Source of the DNA: a virus | Taxonomy: Duplodnaviria; Heunggongvirae; Uroviricota; Caudoviricetes | DNA length: 64,000 nucleotides | IMG/VR virus record: IMGVR_UViG_3300033049_000033 | Coordinates: 1 to 64,000 of that record | Direction: 5' to 3' (one strand) | Translations under genes and position numbers: made by a program | Notes under the pieces: model-generated | What the model saw: the letters and a program-made list of their open reading frames with translations, nothing else | Databases searched by the model: none | Told to the model about the DNA's origin: nothing | Shown: one piece after another, positions 37,258 to 46,397 of the stretch | Layout of the letters: the number at the start of each line of letters is the position of its first letter | Numbering within the stretch: the first letter of the stretch is position 1

Positions 37258-37904
37258 TGAGAGAAAAAGTCAATATACAATTACTTCCGACAACAAAATA
37301 TCCAGCAATTGCTCAAAGTAGTATTGATGTGGGTACCCTATATGGATGGGTGGATAGCGCAATCAGAACTCCACATAAATTAGTCCACATGTATTTCACA
37401 ACCGATGAACGGGTGACGAAAGATGATGTGTGGGTTATAACAGATACCCAAGAGGTACTTAATCTTCAAGATTTTGTGAGTACCACGGTAAGATTTAGAG
37501 AGAACTGTAAGAAAATCGTAGCAACTACTGATAGGTCGTTGACTGTTGACTTAGGTCATCTATGTGTAGACCATCTACCACAACCTACGGATATGTTTAT
37601 CGAAGAGTATTGTAAGAACCCTACTGATGAGGTAATGGTTACCTTTGAAGCGAAACCTAAGCCTGATGGATGGCGAGAGGGTTTCCTTAAATATGGTATT
37701 GAGCATGATGAAATACAGGTAAAGGTTAATGAACTTAACTACATCGATATTTCTTTTATTAGAGAGAATTTTACCATAGAAGAGGTTCAAGGTCTAGTCG
37801 CCAAATTAGAGGGAATACCTATTGACTCACATGGAGAGCCTCTTTCAGGTATTCCCGAAATATGGAAAAATACCATAGATATGTGGTGCGCACCATTTAA
37901 ATAG
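37251..37904 (+). CDS. hypothetical protein
   Basis: 217 aa ORF. Confidence 0.45.
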   Translation: MVMREKVNIQLLPTTKYPAIAQSSIDVGTLYGWVDSAIRTPHKLVHMYFTTDERVTKDDVWVITDTQEVLNLQDFVSTTVRFRENCKKIVATTDRSLTVDLGHLCVDHLPQPTDMFIEEYCKNPTDEVMVTFEAKPKPDGWREGFLKYGIEHDEIQVKVNELNYIDISFIRENFTIEEVQGLVAKLEGIPIDSHGEPLSGIPEIWKNTIDMWCAPFK

Positions 37905-37907
37905 AAG

Positions 37908-38240
37908 ATGATGAACAAACCAGATAGATGGGTAGTTGTAAAGATTACCAAGAAAGGTACAGAGGACGTGTATAAGGTCTTTGCAACATGGATGGGTGGT
38001 TACCTTGGTGGTGACGCTTGGAGGATGAATAGTGGTATCGTAAGCGTTGTAGACGCTGACATCACACTAACCTTTATTGGACACTCTGGCTCCGAATATG
38101 AATGCCCCAAGGGAAGTTACGGATTCAGCGCCTATACTCAAGGAGCACTTGAAAGTCTAATAAGTCGTGTAGAAGAAGATGGCTATGTAATGACCATTAT
38201 GGATAAAGATTCTGACTTTCTTAACATGGTATTCGTATAA
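37908..38240 (+). CDS. hypothetical protein
   Basis: 110 aa ORF. Confidence 0.4.
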   Translation: MMNKPDRWVVVKITKKGTEDVYKVFATWMGGYLGGDAWRMNSGIVSVVDADITLTFIGHSGSEYECPKGSYGFSAYTQGALESLISRVEEDGYVMTIMDKDSDFLNMVFV

Positions 38241-38275
38241 GTCAATTATATAGATGATATTAACGCAGATATAAT

Positions 38276-38503
38276 ATGAAAATGTCAGAACAAGAATATA
38301 CAAAAGACCCATTCAATATGTTTTATGTTGTTTCGATGATAGAAGATGACTTATATAAGGATGAGACAGCGCTGATAGCTGTAGAGTATAAAGCAGAGAC
38401 AGCTAACGGAACCAACGCTTATTATAATGGTGGCGTAGAGATGTTGAAGGATAACATCGCTAAGAAAAAGGAACTAATTAAACAATACACACCTAAAGGA
38501 TAA
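38276..38503 (+). CDS. hypothetical protein
   Basis: 75 aa ORF. Confidence 0.4.
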   Translation: MKMSEQEYTKDPFNMFYVVSMIEDDLYKDETALIAVEYKAETANGTNAYYNGGVEMLKDNIAKKKELIKQYTPKG

Positions 38504-38757
38504 TGGACAACAAGGATAATCTAGAACTATTAGAGGGGCTTATGTTACGAGCCTTCAACGCTGGTCGTAAGTATGAACAAGGCGAACAAGTATCTTGGGA
38601 CACATATAATAAGCTTACAGGCTTCCAAAAACCCAATACAGAACTAACATTTGAACAATGGTATAATGAGGGTCAAGCATATCCAGAAGCATGTGATAGC
38701 TTCCAATCATCAGCTAAGGATGATGTAAAGGACGAAGATATGACAGGATATGAGTAA
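38503..38757 (+). CDS. hypothetical protein
   Basis: 84 aa ORF. Confidence 0.4.
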   Translation: MDNKDNLELLEGLMLRAFNAGRKYEQGEQVSWDTYNKLTGFQKPNTELTFEQWYNEGQAYPEACDSFQSSAKDDVKDEDMTGYE

Positions 38758-38774
38758 AGTTAAAGTATAATAAT

Positions 38775-39212
38775 ATGAGAGAAGATGAATTAGAGCTAAG
38801 ACTTAAGAAATCAAACGGGTACCTTAAGCAAGTTATCGATAGTGGTAATTTTGGTAAAAAATCCACGGGTATACTGCGAAAAGCAATAGTCGATAATAAG
38901 GTAGCGTTGGACTTGGTAGATGTTATTATACCAGAGCCAGTAGAGGAAAAGGTAGTGGAAATTAAATCACCACCGAATAAGATGGTGGAGTTATTAGATA
39001 GGCATCAATCTGGTGACCTAACGTTAGAGGAATACGTTGAACAAGTAAACTTACTAGAGATACCAAAAGCTCAAGAAGCGATACAACAATGTTTAGAAGA
39101 CCCTAACGGATGGCTTAATGATAATTACCCATACTTCAATATGGTGGATAGAAAACAATGGTTCAAAGCTATGACAGCTTATGGTACATACCTTACTAAC
39201 CTATCACGATAA
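38775..39212 (+). CDS. hypothetical protein
   Basis: 145 aa ORF. Confidence 0.45.
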   Translation: MREDELELRLKKSNGYLKQVIDSGNFGKKSTGILRKAIVDNKVALDLVDVIIPEPVEEKVVEIKSPPNKMVELLDRHQSGDLTLEEYVEQVNLLEIPKAQEAIQQCLEDPNGWLNDNYPYFNMVDRKQWFKAMTAYGTYLTNLSR

Positions 39213-39387
39213 TATGGCTTGTTATACACCATATTGTTGGGGAGATTGTGATGAATGTATAGCTGAGAAGAAAGCATACGAAGAGTCCATTGCCGAATGT
39301 CCATATAGGAAAGAGTGTCATTGGGTAGTAGTACACACCAAACAAGATAGATGTACACACTGTAACGAAACTTTTGATTATCCATGA
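39181..39387 (+). CDS. Cys-rich small protein
   Basis: 68 aa with 9 Cys (CYTPYCWGDCDEC...CPYRKEC...CTHC). Confidence 0.4.
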   Translation: MVHTLLTYHDNMACYTPYCWGDCDECIAEKKAYEESIAECPYRKECHWVVVHTKQDRCTHCNETFDYP

Positions 39388-39797
39388 ACCAAGTACGTGA
39401 CGATGAGTATGGATTTATAGAGACTATGAATGGAGAAGTAGTTTCTCTCAGAGGAGTCACCAAAATACTGCCGAAAGATGACTGCCCATACCCTCATTCC
39501 AAATACCTCAATAGTAGTTGGAGTATATTAGGAGCCACCGATTTAGTATATACTAATGACTTAGGTAATAATACGTTGGTGATTGCCGTAGGAGCCTTTA
39601 GTAAAATACATTTAAAGAGACTGCTGGTTCCAAAAAGAGTAGCCAATCTCCTGATATATAGTGGAGTAACAATTGATGAGCCTGTGTATATAGGTGATAA
39701 GTTAAAAGACATAACAGCCCCAATAGAAATCCAATTCGTCAATCTTGAAGATAAGTTTAATGTAGATGAAGAAGAATTATCTATACTATTTGTATAA
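39384..39797 (+). CDS. hypothetical protein
   Basis: 137 aa ORF. Confidence 0.4.
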   Translation: MNQVRDDEYGFIETMNGEVVSLRGVTKILPKDDCPYPHSKYLNSSWSILGATDLVYTNDLGNNTLVIAVGAFSKIHLKRLLVPKRVANLLIYSGVTIDEPVYIGDKLKDITAPIEIQFVNLEDKFNVDEEELSILFV

Positions 39798-39865
39798 GTC
39801 AAAATAAATCAGTATCTTTGTAACACATCAAAACTAAGATAAATAGAAAGAAACGATAAACTGTA

Positions 39866-40150
39866 ATGGAAGACCCAATCAAATTCAGAGCATGGGATAT
39901 TCGAGCCAAAGCAATGGTTTATGATGCATGTATATTAACAGGAGTAAGAAATCTTGTTACGGTAAACGAAGAACACTTTAATTCGCCATTTTCATTCTTT
40001 GACGGATGCATTTGGATGCAGTACACTGGTTATAATGACATCGTTGATGCTGAGGTATACGAATCTGATGTGGTAAGGGTGAAGGATGCTAGGGATAACG
40101 AGGGGTACACTATGTCCCACCATCGAATAATTCGTGGTATGACGAGCTAA
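39866..40150 (+). CDS. hypothetical protein
   Basis: 94 aa; preceded by a TATCTTTG promoter at about 39805-39830. Confidence 0.4.
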   Translation: MEDPIKFRAWDIRAKAMVYDACILTGVRNLVTVNEEHFNSPFSFFDGCIWMQYTGYNDIVDAEVYESDVVRVKDARDNEGYTMSHHRIIRGMTS

Positions 40151-40300
40151 TGGATGAAAGTATTATGACCGCATGTGGTAGAGACCTTAACAAGTGGAAA
40201 GGAATACTATCACCTGTATGGGAGAATACGTATGGCGATTTCTTAAGCAATTGGATGCTAATGGATAGATGTAAGAGTTGTGAAAAGAAAGCCTTGAAGA

Positions 40301-40582
40301 ATGTTTGAAGATAGAATGCTAATATATAGCAAACAAGAGTACATTGTTAATACACTCACAATTAGGCCAGAAGAGGTACCCTCAATCACAGAAATACAAA
40401 GCATCAACGCTACCGACATAACAATCTTTAATCTAGATAAATCAGATATAGTAATATCTGGCACATTTAAGCTACTTAACTTAGATAATCTACACAATAC
40501 AGTAACAATAAACAATATAGAAAAATACCTCCATAGAGACAATATAGATATAACACTATCAGCCACAATAGATAATGGTTGA
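40301..40582 (+). CDS. LRR-like paralog family member 12 (second cluster)
   Basis: ITIFNLDKSDIVISGTFKLLNLDNLHNTVTINNIEKYL. Confidence 0.45.
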   Translation: MFEDRMLIYSKQEYIVNTLTIRPEEVPSITEIQSINATDITIFNLDKSDIVISGTFKLLNLDNLHNTVTINNIEKYLHRDNIDITLSATIDNG

Positions 40583-41072
40583 TAACATAAGAACAGTAAC
40601 GTACCTATCTGCCTACACAACTATTAATACAAGAACATCTCTAACACTACCAACAGAAGATGCTCTCAAAATTAAACATATAAAGATATTGAATGGTGGA
40701 ACATCTTTACTCCTCCTCAACGAATTGACGGCACATATAGATACGCCAGATACATTGGATATTGTAGAGGCCAAACATCTTAGCAAACTATCAATAAACT
40801 TGCCAATAACAATAATAGAAGCTAATATTAATAACAACGTAACAATACCCAACATAGAAGAATTGATACCACACGTTCATAAACTACGAAGACAACAAGA
40901 AATGCAAGGGCTTTGGTCAACAGTGGGAATAAGATGGTACCCAGATATGGGAAGAGAGAGCTTTTGCTGGCACTGTTCTATAGATACAGTAATACCAGAA
41001 GGCTATTCACATATATGTGTTATAGGGACAACTGATAATGTAACGCCATTATTTACGGTACATGCCGACTAA
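40575..41072 (+). CDS. LRR-like paralog family member 13 with CxxC...HIC tail
   Basis: VTIPNIEELIP; CWHCSIDTVIPEGYSHIC. Confidence 0.5.
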   Translation: MVDNIRTVTYLSAYTTINTRTSLTLPTEDALKIKHIKILNGGTSLLLLNELTAHIDTPDTLDIVEAKHLSKLSINLPITIIEANINNNVTIPNIEELIPHVHKLRRQQEMQGLWSTVGIRWYPDMGRESFCWHCSIDTVIPEGYSHICVIGTTDNVTPLFTVHAD

Positions 41073-41109
41073 CCCAACAGTATAAAAGTATAAAACTGAC
41101 CAAACAATA

Positions 41110-41583
41110 ATGGAGATAAAACCAAAAGCCGAACCGATAATAGCCAAGACCGATAAAGTCTGCTATAAGATACTATATAAGATTAACCCACTTGAGCGTG
41201 ATGCCGAAAGTCTACTGAAATGCCATGAGGACGAACTAATATATAAAACCAATATCATGATGCCTAACATAGAGCTTGTCTCCGTAAGAGAAAAGTTTTC
41301 TAATGGGTTTAAATGGTTTGTAGATATGGGATACCACTCTAGAACTAAAGTTAACTCCGAAGAAAGAGTGGTTAGACTAGACTGCAATAATTGTTGGTAT
41401 AAATGCATAATACCCAAAGGTGCTAAATACTATGAAGGGATGGATGAGAATAATAGAGAGTCTTACTCATCTGATAGTATCATGGTAATAGAGCTAATTG
41501 AAACTGAAAGCTTTTATGAGAAGATTAGGATGAAAAAGGAATATAGTAAGATGCAGAAGAATGATAGAAAGTCTGGAAGATAA
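41110..41583 (+). CDS. possible family member with CNNC..KC cluster
   Basis: MMPNIELVSV; CNNCWYKCIIP. Confidence 0.35.
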   Translation: MEIKPKAEPIIAKTDKVCYKILYKINPLERDAESLLKCHEDELIYKTNIMMPNIELVSVREKFSNGFKWFVDMGYHSRTKVNSEERVVRLDCNNCWYKCIIPKGAKYYEGMDENNRESYSSDSIMVIELIETESFYEKIRMKKEYSKMQKNDRKSGR

Positions 41584-41594
41584 TCCCCACTATA

Positions 41595-42059
41595 ATGTTT
41601 GAAGATATGATAAATCACACAGGTAGGTATGGTTGGGTCAGACATACGTTAGATATAAGTGAACAACAACTAAAGGCCGTTGGAGAATTAGAGATACTCG
41701 ATGGTGATTTAGTGGTACTGAAAAACTTCGACAACACTAAAGTAATACTACCACACATTACCAATATGGGGCTGGACGCAAAGGCATCTAATATATCAGA
41801 GATAGAGTTTACCCCTACGGAAGGATTTATACTTCTTGACATAGGGACAAACATAGTCAATATAGAAGAGCTGAAAAATAAATCATGCGTTTTTATCGAG
41901 TACTCCTCTAAGTCTGACGTAAGAATCTGTTCATGCTGCTCAAAGCTCCTTAATGAGGGGACGGTACATATCTGCATGCAGAAGAAATTCGACTCCGTAG
42001 AGGAAGCATTTGTAAACAAGGACATGTCTTTCTTCACTTGTAAGCCACGTTCTCTTTAA
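41595..42059 (+). CDS. LRR-like paralog family member 14 with CxxC...HIC tail
   Basis: TNIVNIEEL; CSCCSKLLNEGTVHICMQKKF. Confidence 0.5.
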   Translation: MFEDMINHTGRYGWVRHTLDISEQQLKAVGELEILDGDLVVLKNFDNTKVILPHITNMGLDAKASNISEIEFTPTEGFILLDIGTNIVNIEELKNKSCVFIEYSSKSDVRICSCCSKLLNEGTVHICMQKKFDSVEEAFVNKDMSFFTCKPRSL

Positions 42060-42268
42060 AAGGGTGATAGGTATCCGTTAAGAACTTTAATTAGCACCTG
42101 TGCCCTATTTCAGGGTAGTGGTAAAAGGTGTTGTTTTGTGGGTAAAAGTGGTAAACGGTGGTATAAGTAGTTGAGATATAGCTTATTATAGTGTTTATTC
42201 TTTTTAGAAATATCACTCTGTAAATAAAATTAGTCACTTTTTATACTTTGTTATTGTATAACATTGTA

Positions 42269-42286
42269 TGTACACATTTGTGTACA
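42269..42286. repeat. 18-bp palindrome TGTACACA-TT-TGTGTACA (copy 1)
   Basis: perfect inverted repeat; also at 42746-42763, 43765-43782 and 56180-56197, degenerate at 43167-43183. Confidence 0.8.
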
Positions 42287-42300
42287 AGGGTGGTATTAGA

Positions 42301-42336
42301 TTTGCATATGTTGATTTTTATTTGTACCTTTGTGTA
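42301..42336 (+). promoter_or_regulatory. promoter TTTGCATATGTTGATTTTTATTTGTACCTTTG (copy 1 of a duplicated promoter)
   Basis: TTTG 42301-42304; TACCTTTG 42325-42332; near-identical copy at 43875-43910. Confidence 0.6.
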
Positions 42337-42744
42337 ATGAAAAAATCAATAATAATAGTGTTCGTAGTGTTATGTATCGTAGTGTCATCTTCAGTTGATA
42401 GTCACTCAGTTGTCAATGATAGGTGGGAGGCACCAAGTAGTGCCGATACACTTAAAAATCCTTATACTAATAGTGCTGAAACATTTATCGTTGGTAAAAA
42501 ATTATTTAAACAAATGTGCGCCATATGTCATGGTAATAGAGGTAGAGGTAATGGAATCGGTGGAATCGGTCTACCGACCAAGCCGACAAATCTCACATCT
42601 AAGGTTATTCAAGGGCAAACCGATGGTGCCATTTTTTGGAAAATATCTGAGGGGAGGATTCCAATTTCACCAATGGCACCATATAAAAGCATATTAAAAG
42701 AAGACCAAAGGTGGGGGTTGGTTAATTATATTAGGACATTATAG
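42337..42744 (+). CDS. c-type cytochrome (class I, c551/c552-like) with signal peptide
   Basis: MKKSIIIVFVVLCIVVSSSVDS signal peptide; CAICH heme-binding CXXCH; distal Met in ISPMAPYK; start at 42337 because the upstream MYTFVY is translation of the palindrome. Confidence 0.8.
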   Translation: MKKSIIIVFVVLCIVVSSSVDSHSVVNDRWEAPSSADTLKNPYTNSAETFIVGKKLFKQMCAICHGNRGRGNGIGGIGLPTKPTNLTSKVIQGQTDGAIFWKISEGRIPISPMAPYKSILKEDQRWGLVNYIRTL

Positions 42745-42777
42745 ATGTACACATTTGTGTACATAGGGATAATTATA

Positions 42778-43164
42778 ATGTCACCTTCGGTGTTTCCTAT
42801 ACTCTTGTGGTGTGGGCTTATATTCATGGTATTGTTTATAGTACAAGCTATGAATATTCAGGTATATGGCAGAATGAGAGGAAATCAATACCTCATTGAT
42901 AATTTGTCTGAACTTAGTGCGGAAATCCGAATGGAGGGTAATAAGAATTGTTTGAGTTATCACTCTGAGCATATAATGTTCGTTAATGAGACTAAGACTT
43001 TGTTTGGGGATTACGTTATATTTGGACAAGCACCCAGTGAACAATATAGTGGCATTGTCTGGCGTGGTAGTACATTGCATTATTTTTTGAAGCGCAAGTT
43101 TGTGGAGCAACGAATACCCACTAAATCCTATGGATATGACAGTAGCATAGTAGAGCCTATGTAG
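42778..43164 (+). CDS. hypothetical membrane-anchored protein
   Basis: 128 aa from MSPSVFPILLWCGLIFMVLFIV; follows palindrome copy 2. Confidence 0.45.
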   Translation: MSPSVFPILLWCGLIFMVLFIVQAMNIQVYGRMRGNQYLIDNLSELSAEIRMEGNKNCLSYHSEHIMFVNETKTLFGDYVIFGQAPSEQYSGIVWRGSTLHYFLKRKFVEQRIPTKSYGYDSSIVEPM

Positions 43165-43180
43165 TATGTACACATTTGTG

Positions 43181-43783
43181 TCATAGCATGTTATTTTGTT
43201 TAATATATCGGTTAGTATAACTACATAATGGTTGTAGGTTAGTGTAATGATTTAGCTTAATAACATCAGAGACATTTTTAGCTGTGGCCAATGGTATTAT
43301 ATGGTCAACATCCCATGCTACGTTAGGCTTATCGGGGGTACCGTTCCAGTTACCTTTATTATTCCAATTCATCCATTCTTCGAATTGTCTTTCTAAATGT
43401 AAGAGTAGCTCTTCGTAAGTACATCCCAATATTAACTCAGTTTTACTTGGTTTAGGTGTACCTATCTGATTAAATGATGCCCAGATGCAGGTTTTAATAT
43501 TTTTTTTTAGTTTATACAATGGGTCTTGAATTATTTTGTTACGTTGATATTCCCTCATATGTTCTTTATTATTAGCCCTCCATGTTCTTCCGTAGTCTAA
43601 TTGTTGTTGTTTATTTTTATCGTACCATTCTTTTTTCTGTTTTGCTATTTTATCAGCATTTCTTTTTAGGTATGCTTTTCTTACTTCTTTATTGTATGCC
43701 ATATTATTTGCGTTTCTTAATAAATATGAGATAATAAGTAGAAGTACACATTTATCATCTTTTATGTACACAAATGTGTACAA
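43181..43783 (-). CDS. HNH homing endonuclease (paralog 3)
   Basis: WDVDHIIPLATA...NLQPLCSYTNRYIK; GCTYEELLLHLERQFEEWMNWNNKG; true start probably MAYNKE at 43702 because the first 27 codons read through the palindrome. Confidence 0.75.
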   Translation of the reverse strand: MYTFVYIKDDKCVLLLIISYLLRNANNMAYNKEVRKAYLKRNADKIAKQKKEWYDKNKQQQLDYGRTWRANNKEHMREYQRNKIIQDPLYKLKKNIKTCIWASFNQIGTPKPSKTELILGCTYEELLLHLERQFEEWMNWNNKGNWNGTPDKPNVAWDVDHIIPLATAKNVSDVIKLNHYTNLQPLCSYTNRYIKQNNML

Positions 43784-43874
43784 AGGTTAATATTCGTGCT
43801 TGATTGTTAATCATACAACTAAGGTAGGTATTATATATTAGACTACCAAACTTTTCTTCTACTATTATATGAAA

Positions 43875-43910
43875 TGAAGTTTTATTTGTGTATGTCGATT
43901 TTTATTTGTA
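43875..43910 (+). promoter_or_regulatory. promoter copy 2 (TTTGTGTATGTCGATTTTTATTTGTACCTTTG)
   Basis: direct repeat of the 42301-42336 promoter; bounds the cytochrome-c/HNH cassette. Confidence 0.55.
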
Positions 43911-43989
43911 CCTTTGTTGGCATGAATGATAACTCAGTAATGGCAATTATAGCTATATGTTTTTTTGGATTATGGCCATATCAATAAGT

Positions 43990-44400
43990 ACACTTCCAAA
44001 AATGGAGGTTGCGAAGGAAAAGACTAAACAATTAGAGTATCAGTGGAAGATTGATTCGGTTGCATCATTAGGTGCAACCCCGTTAGATATATAGGTTTAC
44101 TGTGTGAAAAAGGTAACGGTATAATAGGACGCGGAAAATCGTTATCTGGTATCCTCATATATTATCATGAGTCTTCGGGCAAAAGTGAGGGTATCTGACC
44201 GCAGTTTAATGGATTTGACTGGCGCTCCTGAAGGGAATGCTGGTCTTTTCTATCTGGTAGTTTTAACAACGTGCAGGCGATTTTAGGTCAACGTCCCTCT
44301 GATTTCTCCACCATGCTATCTCAATTGGCGCCTGTCTTAATGACACTTCAAATATAAGGACAATAAATGAGACCACCAAATAAAAATAAAAGTTTTTTAT
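43990..44400 (+). other. about 400-bp ORF-free, hairpin-rich region (candidate structured RNA or leader)
   Basis: no ORF of 60 aa or more on either strand; GGTTGCATCATTAGGTGCAACC hairpin, CTTCGG tetraloop hairpin, higher local GC than the flanks. Confidence 0.3.
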
Positions 44401-44412
44401 TCAGGGTTTTAT

Positions 44413-44622
44413 TTGTATATTTGTAGCATGAAAAAATTCACAACACATTATTTACCTGAAAATGTTCATCTTACTCATATGCGAGAAGATGAACAAGAAT
44501 TCACTAAGGGTAGAACCAGTACATATATGTGGGGATATACTGATGGTAAACGAGATAGAAACTATGACGGGTATTACAAACATGTTGATATAATGAATAT
44601 ACAATATAGATTATTCACTTGA
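44413..44622 (+). CDS. hypothetical protein
   Basis: 69 aa; family-B promoter upstream. Confidence 0.4.
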   Translation: MYICSMKKFTTHYLPENVHLTHMREDEQEFTKGRTSTYMWGYTDGKRDRNYDGYYKHVDIMNIQYRLFT

Positions 44623-44660
44623 AATTTGGTAGTGTCGGATTAATTGTTTATCATTGTACT

Positions 44661-44867
44661 ATGGGAAAGAATTATGAGTTAGTAAAGTTTGTTATCCACA
44701 TGGATGAATTGGGGGATAGAAGTTCTATTGTCGCAGTATCTAAGGATAGGAGCAGGTTGGAAGATTATTGTAATTATACTTTCAATGTTCTAACTGGTAA
44801 AGGTTCTGGTGCTGAAATATATCGGGATTATTATTTAATCGTTGAAACTGATTTACAGATAGTATGA
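44661..44867 (+). CDS. hypothetical protein
   Basis: about 68 aa from MGKNYELV, directly after a family-B promoter. Confidence 0.4.
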   Translation: MGKNYELVKFVIHMDELGDRSSIVAVSKDRSRLEDYCNYTFNVLTGKGSGAEIYRDYYLIVETDLQIV

Positions 44868-45034
44868 AACAGATTATGACATTTTCTAAGGGTTTCTTGG
44901 CCTTAGCGATAATTGGCTCTTTGTTGGGGTTTGGGGTTATACTATTAGGTGAGTATTTCGTTGCGAGGGCGATATTATTTATATTGATACTGGCGTTATG
45001 TTATAGTGCTGGAAAACTAATTGAAACATTTTAA
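44864..45034 (+). CDS. small membrane protein (56 aa, 2 TM)
   Basis: MKQIMTFSKGFLALAIIGSLLGFGVILLGEYFVARAILFILILALCYSAG; ATGA overlap. Confidence 0.3.
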   Translation: MKQIMTFSKGFLALAIIGSLLGFGVILLGEYFVARAILFILILALCYSAGKLIETF

Positions 45035-45036
45035 GT

Positions 45037-45321
45037 ATGAAAACAATACATGAGATATTAGTACTGGTTAATAACGTATTCCATCAAGGGAGTCAAATGG
45101 GGTTATGTTCTGCTGCAATGAGTGTAAAGTATGCAAACGATATAACTATGGATGAATTCTTTGTATTCAAGAAATATCTTAAACATTCGCTTATAGGTCA
45201 TAAGCAATTCTATGATTGGCAAGAAAGAAAGACGATGGATAGTACCAAATTTGCGTGGAAACCCAACACTACTAAGCCAAGAATTGCTTGGTTGGATAAA
45301 CATTTAGAACTTACAAAATGA
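45037..45321 (+). CDS. hypothetical protein
   Basis: 94 aa ORF. Confidence 0.4.
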   Translation: MKTIHEILVLVNNVFHQGSQMGLCSAAMSVKYANDITMDEFFVFKKYLKHSLIGHKQFYDWQERKTMDSTKFAWKPNTTKPRIAWLDKHLELTK

Positions 45322-45626
45322 AAGACAAGGATTTTATTGGGATGGAGCTTAACGGCTTTATATGTAGTGTACAACATGAGACAGGTTCATTGGAGTGGCA
45401 TAACCCCATTAATGGGGGGCTTTCGATATATGCCACTCCAAATTACAGTGAAGATAATGTTGTACCATTTGACTACTCAATTGATGGGGATTATTACCAT
45501 GTATTTGATTTAGAGTTCCCAGAAGGATTGGATGAGGGAACTAAGAAGGACTGGTATATGAATATGTTGCTTGGGGTAATATTAATTGCAACGGTTCACT
45601 ATCAGAGTTTGGAATTGTCAAATTAA
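45318..45626 (+). CDS. hypothetical protein
   Basis: 102 aa ORF. Confidence 0.4.
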   Translation: MKDKDFIGMELNGFICSVQHETGSLEWHNPINGGLSIYATPNYSEDNVVPFDYSIDGDYYHVFDLEFPEGLDEGTKKDWYMNMLLGVILIATVHYQSLELSN

Positions 45627-45643
45627 TTGTTTATCATTGTAGT

Positions 45644-46120
45644 ATGGAAATTATTAAAGAGATTATTCCGATTAAATTAAGTCCCATGCAAGGACATATG
45701 GTTCTTTTCACTAAAGGGCACTATACTAATCACGAGTGTAACCAACTAGAGGGGTTGAGGATGATATGGGCTATTAGGTGTGGTCTGGATTATGAACACA
45801 CAAAGGATGGTCAATCAGATGAATACATTGCTGATGAATTATTCAGAATTATTCAAAAGTTGATGCCGAATAAGGCAGTCAGAATGTGGGAGATTCTTCA
45901 TAAGGAATTGGCAAACGGGTCTTACCAATATGAAGGATTAAATGCCATTGAAAGAACCATCATGGTTTATCGGTCTGAGTTGTTTGGTATGCGAGTGAGG
46001 GAGAAAGTGGGTAATAAGTGGCATTGGTTAATGACGTTTCCTAAGTCTAAGAAACAAGTACTCAACAGAATACTAAGAGGGAATGGTCGATATAATGATT
46101 ATAAAAAACTTGTAGTATAA
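45644..46120 (+). CDS. hypothetical protein
   Basis: 158 aa ORF. Confidence 0.45.
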   Translation: MEIIKEIIPIKLSPMQGHMVLFTKGHYTNHECNQLEGLRMIWAIRCGLDYEHTKDGQSDEYIADELFRIIQKLMPNKAVRMWEILHKELANGSYQYEGLNAIERTIMVYRSELFGMRVREKVGNKWHWLMTFPKSKKQVLNRILRGNGRYNDYKKLVV

Positions 46121-46397
46121 TGGAAGGGAAAGACGTATCTTATTTGTGGCAAGCATCTTGTGAAGATGGTATTATCTTAGACTACAAAGAGCTAATTGAT
46201 GATAAGAAGATGGCAACCATTGCCAATAAGTGTGCGGCCTATGGTTAATAGGACAGCTCTACGTAATTTAGAGAGCTTAGGGTTAATCAAAATGGGGGAC
46301 ATTGATAGAAGTCCGACTAAAGAAGACATTGAGAAATACAAAGAAATATTTGGTAGTCTCGAATAATAAACGTAGATTTGTTTCAAAGGAAAAGACA

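Noticed and set aside
42268-43783. N-termini MYTFVY of three ORFs (42268, 42745, 43783-) as a shared protein motif
   Set aside because: They are the translation of the 18-bp palindrome ATGTACACATTTGTGTAC in-frame and not real coding sequence. True starts are downstream at 42337, 42778 and about 43702.
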